Below, in pieces: positions 46,422 through 56,727 of a stretch of 64,000 bases of DNA (position 1 is the first letter of the stretch; every line of letters starts with the position of its first letter). The notes beneath the pieces are model-generated. The model was not told the DNA's origin, searched no databases, and saw only the letters and a program-made list of their open reading frames with translations. A program made the translations under genes and the position numbers. The DNA is from a virus (taxonomy: Duplodnaviria > Heunggongvirae > Uroviricota > Caudoviricetes): the IMG/VR virus record IMGVR_UViG_3300043467_001216; one strand, given 5' to 3'.

Positions 46422-46528
46422 TATTTATTGACCGAGTGGTTTAAGGTTGAGCATACATAAAGTCTGGGAATGTGGTATGTATGATACCTATACACGGGGA
46501 CTCACAGGTTCGAATCCTGTATTGATAA
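46422..46528 (+). ncRNA. tRNA-like RNA with enlarged anticodon arm
   Basis: Canonical D and T arms; CATACATA/TATGTATG stem with 16-nt loop containing CTGGGAA. Confidence 0.6.
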
Positions 46529-46592
46529 CGTAATTCTAAACCAATATGTTTTTTTTTTCATTTAAGAATATTTATTAATAAACAATTTTAAG

Positions 46593-47861
46593 ATGAAAAA
46601 AACAATTCGTTTAAAAGAAACAGATTTAATAAATGTTGTTAATTCAATAATCAAAGAAAATAACTATCTTTTTGAAGATTCTGTTGAACAAATATTTGAC
46701 AATATTGATAGAAAATACGATTACAAAATATCAAATAACACTTGGTACGCTAAACTAAAAAATGGAACTGAATGGGTGGATTTATCAGGATATCCTAAAG
46801 CCATAACTATATTAAATAATAAAACAGGTATTAATGTTGTACCTGATGTTGAACCTACTCCAAAACCTATTCCTGACCCAAGACCTATTCCTGACCCAAA
46901 ACCAAAACCTATTCCTGAGCCAAAACCAAAACCAAAACCAAAACCTATTCCTGAGCCAAAACCAAAACCTGAAGATGACACTAAATTAACCCCACAACAA
47001 AAATTAATGAGAGCGAAATCTTGTGGGTTCAATTCTTGGATTGAATATAAATCAAGTGGGTTTAAATGTGGTGAAAAACCTGTTCCAAATCCAATTGATA
47101 AATCAGACACTATTGTTAGTAAAACAACTAATCCTAATTTTTTATCAAAAATAGTTAAAGTTGGTCCTAAAATTAGTACGGGTAAATCAACACCTGTCTT
47201 TGGTGCGGGTCAACGTGAATGTGCTCAGTTTGTTAACGATTTTGATACTAAACTTGAATCCGTTGGGGATGCTTGGTTAGCTCATAGTAAAGACCAAATA
47301 GGTCCACGTATTTTTACGTCATTTAGAGGTTTATCACCTGATGATGTTAAAAGAATCACTGATTTATGGGTTAAAATAGATAAATCAGGTGGTGCTAAAG
47401 GTAATTATATTAATGATGCTAGAAATTTAGTAAGAAGTTTGATTAAATCAGCACCGCCTAAATTACAACTTAATGATGTTGTTGGTATATACTACCCAAC
47501 TTCAGAAAATCACGAAAAAGCTTTTTATCTTGGGGGTAAAAACGCCATATCAGGTAATAAACCATATATTCTAAAAAATAATGGTAAATACGTTCCAGGT
47601 AATACTCTTAAATCAGGTAATGCTTGGGGTATGAATACTCACGTAGGTATAGTAGGTGCGATTAAAGATGGTGTTCCAATTATATTCCATAACGTTCACG
47701 GACAAGTTTATGCCGACCCTTATAATAGGTTATTAGATGGTGGTAAAATTGCTTGGGTTAGACGTGCGGGTAACTCATCACCAATAGCTTTAAATAAAGT
47801 TAAAGGTCCTGGGTCAATTACTGAAGAAATCACAAACAGTGGATTAAAAAAAAAACTTTAG
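46593..47861 (+). CDS. Putative virion amidase/peptidase (NlpC/CHAP-like) with Pro-Lys linker
   Basis: IRLKETDL leader; ECAQFVN...GDAW, THVGIV...IFHN. Confidence 0.7.
   Translation: MKKTIRLKETDLINVVNSIIKENNYLFEDSVEQIFDNIDRKYDYKISNNTWYAKLKNGTEWVDLSGYPKAITILNNKTGINVVPDVEPTPKPIPDPRPIPDPKPKPIPEPKPKPKPKPIPEPKPKPEDDTKLTPQQKLMRAKSCGFNSWIEYKSSGFKCGEKPVPNPIDKSDTIVSKTTNPNFLSKIVKVGPKISTGKSTPVFGAGQRECAQFVNDFDTKLESVGDAWLAHSKDQIGPRIFTSFRGLSPDDVKRITDLWVKIDKSGGAKGNYINDARNLVRSLIKSAPPKLQLNDVVGIYYPTSENHEKAFYLGGKNAISGNKPYILKNNGKYVPGNTLKSGNAWGMNTHVGIVGAIKDGVPIIFHNVHGQVYADPYNRLLDGGKIAWVRRAGNSSPIALNKVKGPGSITEEITNSGLKKKL
46853..46970 (+). repeat. Pro-rich coding tandem repeat (PKPIPE/D)
   Basis: CCAAAA and CCTATTCCTGA units. 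Confidence 0.85.
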
Positions 47862-47881
47862 TTGAACAGAACGACAATTTA

Positions 47882-48640
47882 ATGCCGGGACAAAGTGATA
47901 ACTATTATAACATATATAAAAACGCTCAAGAAGAAAACATAAAATATAAACAATATTCTTGTGTTCCTAACGGATTTAAACCATCAATATCTCAATTAAT
48001 TAAAAAAGGTTATAACCCTTTATTATTAAAGGCGGCATTGGGTATGATTGGTCGTGAAACATCATACGGTAATAGTCTTCGTTATAAAATATTATCACCT
48101 TTAAAAAATATAGGTGCTTACTTAGGGTTTGATACTTCTGCAGGATTAGCACAAATGAAAAATAGTACTAAGGAAAGTCTTAACATTAAAGAAGATATTA
48201 ATACGGTTACAGGTGCGTTAATTGCGATATATAAGTTTTTGGACCGAAGTTACAAAAAGGCAATTCAAGAAGGTTATTCAACATCACAACCTTCAACAAC
48301 CCCAAAAACAAGTACAGGTAACGCAGCTTTAGATATTTCAATTGCGTCATATAATATTGGATTTGGTAGGATTGTTAAATATTGTAAAACTGATGACCCT
48401 AATATTAAAAGACCTTGTTCTAAGGCAGGAAAAATCGTAGAACAATCAGTAGTCGGAGCACCAAATATGGGGGTTACCGGACAAAAAAGTAACCCCAATG
48501 ATAATGTTAAAAAAACTAAGTTTAAAGTTTCAAATCAATTAGTTAAAAACTATTTACCAAATATTCCGATTAATAAATTAACAACTTACGGATATGTTGA
48601 TGAGGTTGCTAACAGAATAAAAGGGTTTAATTGTTTTTAA
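47882..48640 (+). CDS. Lytic-transglycosylase/lysozyme-like protein
   Basis: IGRETSYG, SAGLAQM, IASYNIG, GYVDEV. Confidence 0.65.
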   Translation: MPGQSDNYYNIYKNAQEENIKYKQYSCVPNGFKPSISQLIKKGYNPLLLKAALGMIGRETSYGNSLRYKILSPLKNIGAYLGFDTSAGLAQMKNSTKESLNIKEDINTVTGALIAIYKFLDRSYKKAIQEGYSTSQPSTTPKTSTGNAALDISIASYNIGFGRIVKYCKTDDPNIKRPCSKAGKIVEQSVVGAPNMGVTGQKSNPNDNVKKTKFKVSNQLVKNYLPNIPINKLTTYGYVDEVANRIKGFNCF

Positions 48641-49334
48641 AGTTACCGTAGATATAAGTTGTTGGTTGATTAATATCCATTGCTGATTTAACAATGTCAG
48701 GAACTGATTGAAAAACTATTTCATCAGAATCATCTGAGAATTTATAATCAACTGACGACCCACCATCTAATAATATACCTTCAACCATACCTTGATTTTC
48801 GGCAAACTCAACAATTTCTCTAATAGTAACTAAACCAACTCTATTAGATGATATAATCATAATGTCCCCGTCACGATTTTCACCCATAATTGTTCTATAT
48901 GCGGTTTCATTAGCGTGTCTTGTATTAAGTAAACCTTCATTTTTAATACCGTTATCAATCGCCCAAAGAATACTTTGTGATGCGTAATCGGTCATTAAAG
49001 GACAAAACCCTGACGCTACGTGAGGTATGCCATTAACAACATAAAAATAACCACCACCACGTTGTCTTTTACTATGTCTTAAACGATTAATAACTACAAG
49101 ACCAATTGAGGTATTACTTTTAGTGAAAAAATTACTGTTAACATAAAAATCAGCATCACTTGGTTTTTCAGTTGAAACTCCAAAAGACATCTCATCTTTT
49201 TTAAGAATTAAAACGTTATAATTCTCATTTGATTGAATTTGAGACATATGAATTGATTTGGGTAATCCACATCCGACAATACTCATAATTAATAATCCTA
49301 CAATTACTAAAGAAAATTTATTTACATTTTTCAT
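48627..49334 (-). CDS. Phosphodiester glycosidase (NAGPA-like) lipoprotein
   Basis: IVGC lipobox, NSNFF, RTIMG, LLDGGSS. Confidence 0.75.
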   Translation of the reverse strand: MKNVNKFSLVIVGLLIMSIVGCGLPKSIHMSQIQSNENYNVLILKKDEMSFGVSTEKPSDADFYVNSNFFTKSNTSIGLVVINRLRHSKRQRGGGYFYVVNGIPHVASGFCPLMTDYASQSILWAIDNGIKNEGLLNTRHANETAYRTIMGENRDGDIMIISSNRVGLVTIREIVEFAENQGMVEGILLDGGSSVDYKFSDDSDEIVFQSVPDIVKSAMDINQPTTYIYGNFKNN

Positions 49335-49403
49335 AACACCAATATTTCTTACAAAGATAAATAAAGATTTGACAATACAAAAACCATTTATTATTATTTT
49401 TTT

Positions 49404-49748
49404 ATGAAAACAATTATAGCTGGAGGTAGAGATTTTGAAGATTATAATCTACTACGAGAAAAGTGTGATAAGTTGATTAATTCAAACCTAACAGAAATTG
49501 TTAGTGGTCGTGCTAAAGGTGCTGACACATTAGGTGAGAGATATGCCAAAGAACGAGGATTTGACGTTAAGTTGTTTCCTGCGGATTGGAAAACTCACGG
49601 AAGAAAAGCGGGGCATATTAGAAATAAACAAATGGCCGATTATGGTGAAATGTTGATAGCATTTTGGGATGGTAAAAGTAGTGGTACTAAAAATATGATT
49701 GAGAATGCCAATAAATTAGGATTAATAGTTCATATTGTTAATTACTAG
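49404..49748 (+). CDS. SLOG/YspA-like nucleotide-binding protein
   Basis: IIAGGRDF, SGRAKGAD, AGHIRN, FWDGKSSGT. Confidence 0.85.
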   Translation: MKTIIAGGRDFEDYNLLREKCDKLINSNLTEIVSGRAKGADTLGERYAKERGFDVKLFPADWKTHGRKAGHIRNKQMADYGEMLIAFWDGKSSGTKNMIENANKLGLIVHIVNY

Positions 49749-49760
49749 ATATTTATTAAT

Positions 49761-50066
49761 ATGATTAACGAAGAAATTGATAAAATTAAATATTTGTTCG
49801 GTTATAAACCCGGTGTGGTTATTAGTGAACAAACAACAGGTACAACAACACCCACGACGGGTACGACTACACCAGCAACAACACCACCTGCTGAGACTAA
49901 AATAACACAAAAAGACCTTGACAAATTAAGAGATTGTGCCGACTATAATTCAACAGGTTCTAAATCAACAAACAAACTTACTAAAGGTGAAGAAACTAAA
50001 GAATTTCTAGTCTTTAAAGGAAGTGACGGTAAACCGGCGTGTAAGAAACCTAAAGAGAAAAAATAA
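49761..50066 (+). CDS. Late protein with INEEI leader, Thr-rich
   Basis: TATTTATTAATATG. Confidence 0.75.
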   Translation: MINEEIDKIKYLFGYKPGVVISEQTTGTTTPTTGTTTPATTPPAETKITQKDLDKLRDCADYNSTGSKSTNKLTKGEETKEFLVFKGSDGKPACKKPKEKK

Positions 50067-50128
50067 AATTTAATAGATAATAAGTTAAGAGGGGTTTTTA
50101 AATCCCTCTTTTTTTTTATATTTGTGGT

Positions 50129-50587
50129 ATGGAAAAAGTAAGAATATATTTAGATGATGTGAGAACACCGGTTGATAAAGATTGGTTAGTTGTTAGAAAT
50201 TTTCACGAGTTTATTAATTTGGTAAATAAAGTTGGTTTAACTAATATATCATTAATCTCATTGGACCACGATTTAGGTGATACTGCGATGAAAGAATACT
50301 TCAATAACGTATCTAAAAATTATAAATTAGATTATGAAAATATTGAGGAAAAAACCGGATATGATGCTGCTAAATGGTTAGTAACAGAATTTTACGAGAT
50401 AAACGAAAACCGTATTAATATGTCAAGATTTGATAAGAAACAAAAACCTATCAAATTTCCTGATGTTGTAGTTCACTCGGCAAATCCGATTGGGTCAGCA
50501 AACATTATGGGTTATATCAATAACTTCCTAATGAATGAGGGACAAGAACAAACTTGCGTTAGAGTTAAAATAGAACACACTGTTTAA
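50129..50587 (+). CDS. Cyclic-phosphate-processing receiver-like phosphatase
   Basis: YLDDVRTP, SLDHDLG, KTGYD, VHSANPIG. Confidence 0.75.
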   Translation: MEKVRIYLDDVRTPVDKDWLVVRNFHEFINLVNKVGLTNISLISLDHDLGDTAMKEYFNNVSKNYKLDYENIEEKTGYDAAKWLVTEFYEINENRINMSRFDKKQKPIKFPDVVVHSANPIGSANIMGYINNFLMNEGQEQTCVRVKIEHTV

Positions 50588-50609
50588 TTTTTTTTTATAT
50601 ATTAGCCTT

Positions 50610-51092
50610 ATGAACGTTTTTATATTAGATTTCGATGTTAAGAAATGTGCTGAATATCATTGTGATAAGCACGTAGTTAAAATGATACTTGAGACTGCAC
50701 AACTTTTATGTGGTGTTCATCACGTAATTGAGACTCAAACTGAGATACCTTATAGGTTATCTCATAAGAACCACCCAAGTGCGATATGGTCGAGAGAGTC
50801 GTTATCTAATTATCTATATTTGTGTGAGTTAGGTTTAGAGTTATGTTATGAATACACATACAGATATGGTAAACGTCATAAATCACAAGATGTTATTGAG
50901 TGGTGTTTAGATAAAAAACCAAATATCGTTGACAAAGGATTTACTGAACCCCCAAAGGCAATGCCTGACGAATATAAAGTTGACAGTGTTGTCGATTCGT
51001 ATAGAAATTATTATAAAGGAGCCAAATCAGGATTTGCGGTATGGAAAAACAGAGAAGTTCCTGAATGGTATAAAGAATTAGAATTAGTATGA
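50610..51092 (+). CDS. Pyrimidine-dimer DNA glycosylase-like protein
   Basis: MNVFILD...HCDKHVVKMILETAQLL, HKNHPS, YRNYY. Confidence 0.8.
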   Translation: MNVFILDFDVKKCAEYHCDKHVVKMILETAQLLCGVHHVIETQTEIPYRLSHKNHPSAIWSRESLSNYLYLCELGLELCYEYTYRYGKRHKSQDVIEWCLDKKPNIVDKGFTEPPKAMPDEYKVDSVVDSYRNYYKGAKSGFAVWKNREVPEWYKELELV

Positions 51093-51757
51093 TAAAAATT
51101 GAAAAAGATAGAAAAGGAAATTTACCTGATGTTTGGATAACATCAGATACTCACTACAATCACTCAAACATTTGTCGTGGGACTACTAATTGGAGAAAAC
51201 CTGATGGTTCAGTTCCAATCAAAGAAACTCGTGACTTCAAATCGTTGGATATAATGAACGATATGATTGTGGATAATATAAACCAATATGTTAAACAAGA
51301 TGATGTGTTAATTCACTTGGGTGATTGGTCATTTGGTGGTTTTGAATTCATTAGAAAATTCAGAGAAAGAATTATATGTAAAAACATACACTTAATTTTG
51401 GGTAACCACGACCACCACATTGAGAATAACAAAGAAAACATTCAATCGTTATTCTCAAGTGTTTCACAATATAACACATTGGTATTGGGTAAAATTAATA
51501 TTAGATTGTTTCACTACCCGATTGATTCTTGGAATGGATTGAATAAAGGTGAAATACATCTACACGGTCACTGTCACTTACCTAATGATATTAAATTAGG
51601 GAAAGGAAAACGAATGGATGTTGGTATGGACGGACATCCTGAATTTAGACCATACCACATTGTTGATGACATTCTACCAATAATGTCAAAACAACCAATT
51701 CATTCACATTTGGAACACGACCACCATACAGAAGAAATGTTAAACGTAGTAGGATAA
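51089..51757 (+). CDS. Calcineurin-like metallophosphoesterase
   Basis: SDTHYNH, HLGDW, GNHD, FHYP, HGHCH, DVGMD. Confidence 0.9.
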   Translation: MIKIEKDRKGNLPDVWITSDTHYNHSNICRGTTNWRKPDGSVPIKETRDFKSLDIMNDMIVDNINQYVKQDDVLIHLGDWSFGGFEFIRKFRERIICKNIHLILGNHDHHIENNKENIQSLFSSVSQYNTLVLGKINIRLFHYPIDSWNGLNKGEIHLHGHCHLPNDIKLGKGKRMDVGMDGHPEFRPYHIVDDILPIMSKQPIHSHLEHDHHTEEMLNVVG

Positions 51758-51763
51758 AAGATT

Positions 51764-52114
51764 ATGGAAGATTACGACAAAAGAGATTTATTTTTAGAGT
51801 CTATCAAAATGTTAGAAGAACTAAGAAAAATACAAGAAGAAAACAAAGACAATAGAGTCAAAGAAATTGGTGATAGAGTTATTGTTTGGGATGGTAGTTA
51901 TAACATAGATAAAAACACCTCAAAACATCGTAGTGGTATTGATAAATTATTTCAAAACCCCGGTATTGTTATTCAAACAAACTGTGATATAAACCATTTT
52001 GAACCATTGATTGAAAAATTAGTGATTCTTGATTTATTGATTAGATTTGAAACGGGTGAAGAAGTATACACTAGTTCAGATATGGTTAAACGAATTGATA
52101 AAGATAATGTATGA
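51764..52114 (+). CDS. Hypothetical protein
   Basis: 116 aa ORF. Confidence 0.7.
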   Translation: MEDYDKRDLFLESIKMLEELRKIQEENKDNRVKEIGDRVIVWDGSYNIDKNTSKHRSGIDKLFQNPGIVIQTNCDINHFEPLIEKLVILDLLIRFETGEEVYTSSDMVKRIDKDNV

Positions 52115-52311
52115 AAAAATTTAATTACAAAAAATATCAGTTATTAGATTGTTTAGATGAAATATCATCAACACAAAAAATGATTGATTTACATAGTGAT
52201 AATTCAGATAGAATTAGTAATTTTATGATGTCTCAATATAGAGATATGAGAAAACAAAGTATTATAGAATTTAATAAAATATCATATGGAAAGAAAATTA
52301 GCAACGATTAG
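52111..52311 (+). CDS. Hypothetical protein
   Basis: 66 aa ORF in operon. Confidence 0.6.
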   Translation: MKKFNYKKYQLLDCLDEISSTQKMIDLHSDNSDRISNFMMSQYRDMRKQSIIEFNKISYGKKISND

Positions 52312-53320
52312 ACAAATTGACAACATCCAACCAATCGAAGGTGCGGATATGATTGAATTAGCAACCGTTGGGGGGTGGAAAGTCGTAGTTGCAAAAAATG
52401 TTAACCACAAAGTTGGGGATTTAGTTGTTTACTGTGAGATTGACTCTTTTTTACCAATCGAACCTGAGTTTGAATTTTTACGTAAAAGTTCTTACAAGAA
52501 AATGGCCGACGGTACTGAAGGTTTCAGATTAAAAACTATTAAATTAAGAGGACAAGTTTCTCAAGGTTTAATTTTACCATTAAAAGATGCTTACGAAGTT
52601 TTCAAAAGAAACACTCCCAATATAGATATGGATTGGTTTGAAGGTTTAGAAGTAACTGAAATGTTAAACATTGTAAAATACGAACCACCTGTTCCTGCAC
52701 AATTATCAGGACAAGTTAAAGGTATGTTCCCATCTTTTTTAAAGAAAACTGATGAGGAAAGAATTCAAAACTTGACAAGAGAGTTTGAAGGGTACAAGAA
52801 CGAAGTGTTTTATGTGACTGAAAAGTTAGATGGTTCTAGTGTAACTTACTACGTTAAAGACGGTGTGTTTGGTGTATGTTCTCGTAACTTAGATTTAGTT
52901 GAGAGTGAAGGTAACTCAATGTGGAAATTTGCAATCACAAGTGGATTAAAAGAACGTTTACTAGCGTTAGATAGAAACATTGCGGTCCAAGGGGAAATCA
53001 TTGGTGAGGGTATTCAAGGTAACCCATATAAAATCATCGGACAAACTGTTAGATTGTTTAATGGTTTTGATATTGATAAGTATGAATATTTATCTTTGGA
53101 TGATTTACTTAAATTATCTAAATGGTTAGAGGTAAAAACAGTTCCAATCTTAGATTTAGAATTTAGATTACCTGACACAATTGATGAGTTATTATCTTAT
53201 GCCGATAGTAAATCAGTATTGAATGAAAAGTTCGATAGAGAAGGAATTGTAATTCGTTCTCACGATAGAAAAATCAGTTTTAAGGTGATTTCTAATAAAT
53301 TTTTATTAAATGAAAAATGA
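52286..53320 (+). CDS. RNA ligase (DRB0094/Rnl2-like family)
   Basis: PIEGAD.IE, EIDS, LRGQVSQG, KTDEERIQN, EKLDGSS, QGE, EGIV, FKVISN. Confidence 0.9.
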   Translation: MERKLATIRQIDNIQPIEGADMIELATVGGWKVVVAKNVNHKVGDLVVYCEIDSFLPIEPEFEFLRKSSYKKMADGTEGFRLKTIKLRGQVSQGLILPLKDAYEVFKRNTPNIDMDWFEGLEVTEMLNIVKYEPPVPAQLSGQVKGMFPSFLKKTDEERIQNLTREFEGYKNEVFYVTEKLDGSSVTYYVKDGVFGVCSRNLDLVESEGNSMWKFAITSGLKERLLALDRNIAVQGEIIGEGIQGNPYKIIGQTVRLFNGFDIDKYEYLSLDDLLKLSKWLEVKTVPILDLEFRLPDTIDELLSYADSKSVLNEKFDREGIVIRSHDRKISFKVISNKFLLNEK

Positions 53321-54258
53321 AATTTTTAATATTTTTATTAATGTTATGTTTGTCTGTGGTTGTTCACGGGCAAACATATCTTGTTGACCAACACTTTTCA
53401 AATGTATCACCAACAGGGTGGTCGTCAACCTCTAATGTGTGGGTGTTTAACCGAAATGAGACGGCCACAGGTAATTATCGAGGTGTGTTTGACGCGACAA
53501 AATATTCGGCAAGATTTTCATCGGCAGCTAATGGTAATTCAATTTATATTTACATACCTATTAATTTTGTTAATAGTAATAGTTACACAATTACTTTTTA
53601 CACTAAAAGAGCCTGCTCAGTTACGGTTAACACTAATGAATTACCAAATCAAACAACATTATTAACAACTGATACTCAAACTAACTCAAACTGTAATTCA
53701 AATTGGAACACCTGGTATAAATGGTCATTTACTGTAGTTCCATCTTATACAGGTTCAGGTTATTTTCAAATATGGATTAAAACTGTGTATGGTGGTCCAA
53801 CATCGGTATATTTAGATGATTTATCAATATATGAGTCACCACCGGTATCCTTACCGATTGATTTGTTATACTTTAAAGGTAAACAAACTGAAGAAGGTAA
53901 TTTACTTGAATGGGCAACTGCAACTGAAACTAATAATCAATATTTTACAATCTATAAAACGTATTATCCAATTAATTGGAAAGAAATTGCTAAAGTTGAT
54001 GGTGTTGGAACTTCACCATTTCAACATTATTACAAGTATTTAGAAAGAGATTATTTTAATGACATTTCATATTATTATTTAACTCAAACCGATTTTGACG
54101 GTAAAACTAAAAATTTTGAAATTATATCTATAGACAATCGTAACATCACACCAGTATTAATTAAGATAACAAATCTTTTAGGTCAAGAAGTTACATTAGA
54201 TTCACCCGGTGTTAAATTTTTTCACTATTCAGACGGTACTATTATAAAAAGAATTTAG
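53317..54258 (+). CDS. Secreted protein with Bacteroidota-type C-terminal module
   Basis: Signal peptide; LPIDLLYFKG...W.TATETNN..F...YY.L.QTDFDG. Confidence 0.75.
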   Translation: MKFLIFLLMLCLSVVVHGQTYLVDQHFSNVSPTGWSSTSNVWVFNRNETATGNYRGVFDATKYSARFSSAANGNSIYIYIPINFVNSNSYTITFYTKRACSVTVNTNELPNQTTLLTTDTQTNSNCNSNWNTWYKWSFTVVPSYTGSGYFQIWIKTVYGGPTSVYLDDLSIYESPPVSLPIDLLYFKGKQTEEGNLLEWATATETNNQYFTIYKTYYPINWKEIAKVDGVGTSPFQHYYKYLERDYFNDISYYYLTQTDFDGKTKNFEIISIDNRNITPVLIKITNLLGQEVTLDSPGVKFFHYSDGTIIKRI

Positions 54259-54270
54259 TATATTTGTTGT

Positions 54271-55326
54271 ATGAAAGCAACGTTAGAAAAATATTACAAC
54301 GATGGATTATTGTACAAACAAGTACATTCAACTTTACCATTAACTATATGGAATTACACTGAGAAAGTTCAGTTTGAAGACTTATGGGATGAGGTAACCT
54401 TGATGTGCCGTGGTTTAGTAACTGACGATAACGGTAATATAGTTGCAAGACCATTCAGAAAATTCTTCAATATGGAAGAAGGGAAACATACTTCAACTGA
54501 TGAATTCAAAGTCTATGAAAAAATGGATGGTTCATTGGGTATATTTTTCCACTATGAAGGTGAATGGGTGATGGCAACTCGTGGGTCATTTACTTCTGAC
54601 CAATCGGTAAAAGGTATGGAAATGTTATCTAAATACGACTACAACAAATTACATAAAGATTTCACTTACTTATTTGAAATAATATATTCTGACAACAGAA
54701 TAGTTTGTTCTTATGATTTTGAAGATGTTGTTTTACTTGGTGCGGTAAACACTAAAGACGATTACGAAGTTAGTTTACACGGTGACTCAGATATAAGAAT
54801 ACAAAACTTAGTGAAAAACATAGGTCTTAATGTAGTTAAACGTTATGATGGTATATCAGACTATTCAGTGTTAAAAGAGATGGTTAGAGACGATGCTGAG
54901 GGGTTTATAGTTCACTTCTCAAATGGTAATAGAATGAAAGTTAAAGGTGTTGAATACTTACGTCTACACAAAATAATGACTAACGTATCAACTACTGGTA
55001 TATGGGAATGTTTAAAAAATGGTGATGATGTTTTAGAATTGATGAAAGAAGTTCCTGACGAATTCTACAAAAAAATAAAATCTTACGTTAAAGACTTGAG
55101 ATACGCTCACTACTCAATATCCGAATACTGTGGTAAAATGCACGACGGATTTAGATACGGAAAATATGGTGACGTTGACCCTGAACCATCTAAGAAAGAA
55201 TACGCAGAGTTTGTTATGAAAAACATAAAAGAAGGTCTTAGAGGTGTAATGTTTCAGATGTGGGATAAAAAAGATTACGATGAAACTATATGGAAACTAA
55301 TAAGACCGGAATTCAAAAAGTTATAA
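54271..55326 (+). CDS. rnlA: T4 Rnl1-like RNA ligase
   Basis: CRGLV, ARPFRKFFN, EKMDGSL, TRGSF, FEII, EGFIV, MKVK..EY. Confidence 0.9.
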   Translation: MKATLEKYYNDGLLYKQVHSTLPLTIWNYTEKVQFEDLWDEVTLMCRGLVTDDNGNIVARPFRKFFNMEEGKHTSTDEFKVYEKMDGSLGIFFHYEGEWVMATRGSFTSDQSVKGMEMLSKYDYNKLHKDFTYLFEIIYSDNRIVCSYDFEDVVLLGAVNTKDDYEVSLHGDSDIRIQNLVKNIGLNVVKRYDGISDYSVLKEMVRDDAEGFIVHFSNGNRMKVKGVEYLRLHKIMTNVSTTGIWECLKNGDDVLELMKEVPDEFYKKIKSYVKDLRYAHYSISEYCGKMHDGFRYGKYGDVDPEPSKKEYAEFVMKNIKEGLRGVMFQMWDKKDYDETIWKLIRPEFKKL

Positions 55327-55384
55327 AAGTGGGGAAACCCACTTTTTTTTATAACCTAACTATTTATATGATATAGAAAATCAT

Positions 55385-56038
55385 ATGAAATTAGAATTTC
55401 CATTAGAAAAAAAATTCCCATTAGGTTCAGGTTTTGGTCCGAGAGGTTCTTTAGCCGGTGGTCGTATAAAAGCTCACAATCATAAGGGGCAAGATATTGC
55501 AGCACCGACAGGAACTAAAGTTAAATCAGTTGATGATGGTGTGGTTGTTAGGTCATCACCTGTTGCTCAAGGTGGTGGGTATGGTAATTTTATTGTTATT
55601 AAACATAAAGATTTTTATAGTGCCTATGGTCACTTATCAAAAAGAGAAGTTAATAAAGGTGATACGGTTAAAAAAGGTCAATTAATTGGTTTAGTTGGTA
55701 GCACAGGTTTATCAACAGGTCCACATTTACATTTTGAAATACGTAAATCTGAAAATGGGTCTCAAATAGACCCAAAACCATATTTGACAGGTAGCGAACT
55801 TTCATCAACCATTTTAGGGAAAGAAACTAATGATGAAAAAACTGACGGTGAAAAACCTGATGATGAAAAACCTGATGATGAAAAAACTAACAGTGAAATA
55901 GAAAAACCTGAAGAACCTGAAGACTACGGATTAATGGGTCAATTATTAAAAATGGTAGGGTTTAAAGAAAATTACACAACAGAAAATCAAAATACCATTA
56001 TGGAAGATATTAAACGTATTAAACAATTACTAAAATGA
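55385..56038 (+). CDS. M23 family peptidase
   Basis: HKGQD, YGHL, GSTGLSTGPHLHFE. Confidence 0.92.
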   Translation: MKLEFPLEKKFPLGSGFGPRGSLAGGRIKAHNHKGQDIAAPTGTKVKSVDDGVVVRSSPVAQGGGYGNFIVIKHKDFYSAYGHLSKREVNKGDTVKKGQLIGLVGSTGLSTGPHLHFEIRKSENGSQIDPKPYLTGSELSSTILGKETNDEKTDGEKPDDEKPDDEKTNSEIEKPEEPEDYGLMGQLLKMVGFKENYTTENQNTIMEDIKRIKQLLK

Positions 56039-56727
56039 TAAAGTTCGATAACTTAACCAATAGTTCAAACCCTAATGGTGATTATTCACTTAAAACTAAA
56101 AAATCGGTAATTCAATCAAAAAGTATGGGTAAATTATTTTGTCCGTATGATGGTGTTGTTATTGGTACGTACAGTACTAATTGTTCCGGATATTTGTTAA
56201 TTGGTCATAAAATTAATAACGATATGTATTATTCAGAATTTTGTGGTATTCCAAAAGTATTTGTTGGTAAAAATGATACGATTAGAAAAGGTCAAACTAT
56301 TGGATATTTTTTAAATGATACTGATAATGTTGAATACACATTATATAGTTTAAATCATAATAAACTTGACCCAAGACCATTTTTTAAAGGATTTAGTGTT
56401 AAAAATACAACACCAAATAACACCACATCAAATAACACACCTAACTATTCTACACCTAAAAAACAGTCAAAAGAAAAAAAATCATCAAATGATGATAAGG
56501 ATGATTATAAAGAAAGAAATGTTGTACCAGCCGATAATAATCTATTTTTGAGTTTAGCGTTATCACCATTTGACTTTATTAGTAAACAAACAAAAAAAAT
56601 AGCCAAAAATGCTGGTAAAGAAATTAAAAAATCAGCAAAAGGTATTTTCGATTTTAAAACCACTAAGAATAAAGAAGATGAAGAAACTCTTAACGAAGAT
56701 ATTAAAAGAATCAAAAAATTATTGTAA
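56035..56727 (+). CDS. Degenerate M23-like protein
   Basis: PYDGVV, KGQTIG but no Zn ligands; C-terminal LNEDIKRIKKLL. Confidence 0.65.
   Translation: MIKFDNLTNSSNPNGDYSLKTKKSVIQSKSMGKLFCPYDGVVIGTYSTNCSGYLLIGHKINNDMYYSEFCGIPKVFVGKNDTIRKGQTIGYFLNDTDNVEYTLYSLNHNKLDPRPFFKGFSVKNTTPNNTTSNNTPNYSTPKKQSKEKKSSNDDKDDYKERNVVPADNNLFLSLALSPFDFISKQTKKIAKNAGKEIKKSAKGIFDFKTTKNKEDEETLNEDIKRIKKLL

Noticed and set aside
46721-47110. Antisense Gly-Phe repeat ORF
   Set aside because: Mirror image of the Pro-Lys repeat on the coding strand
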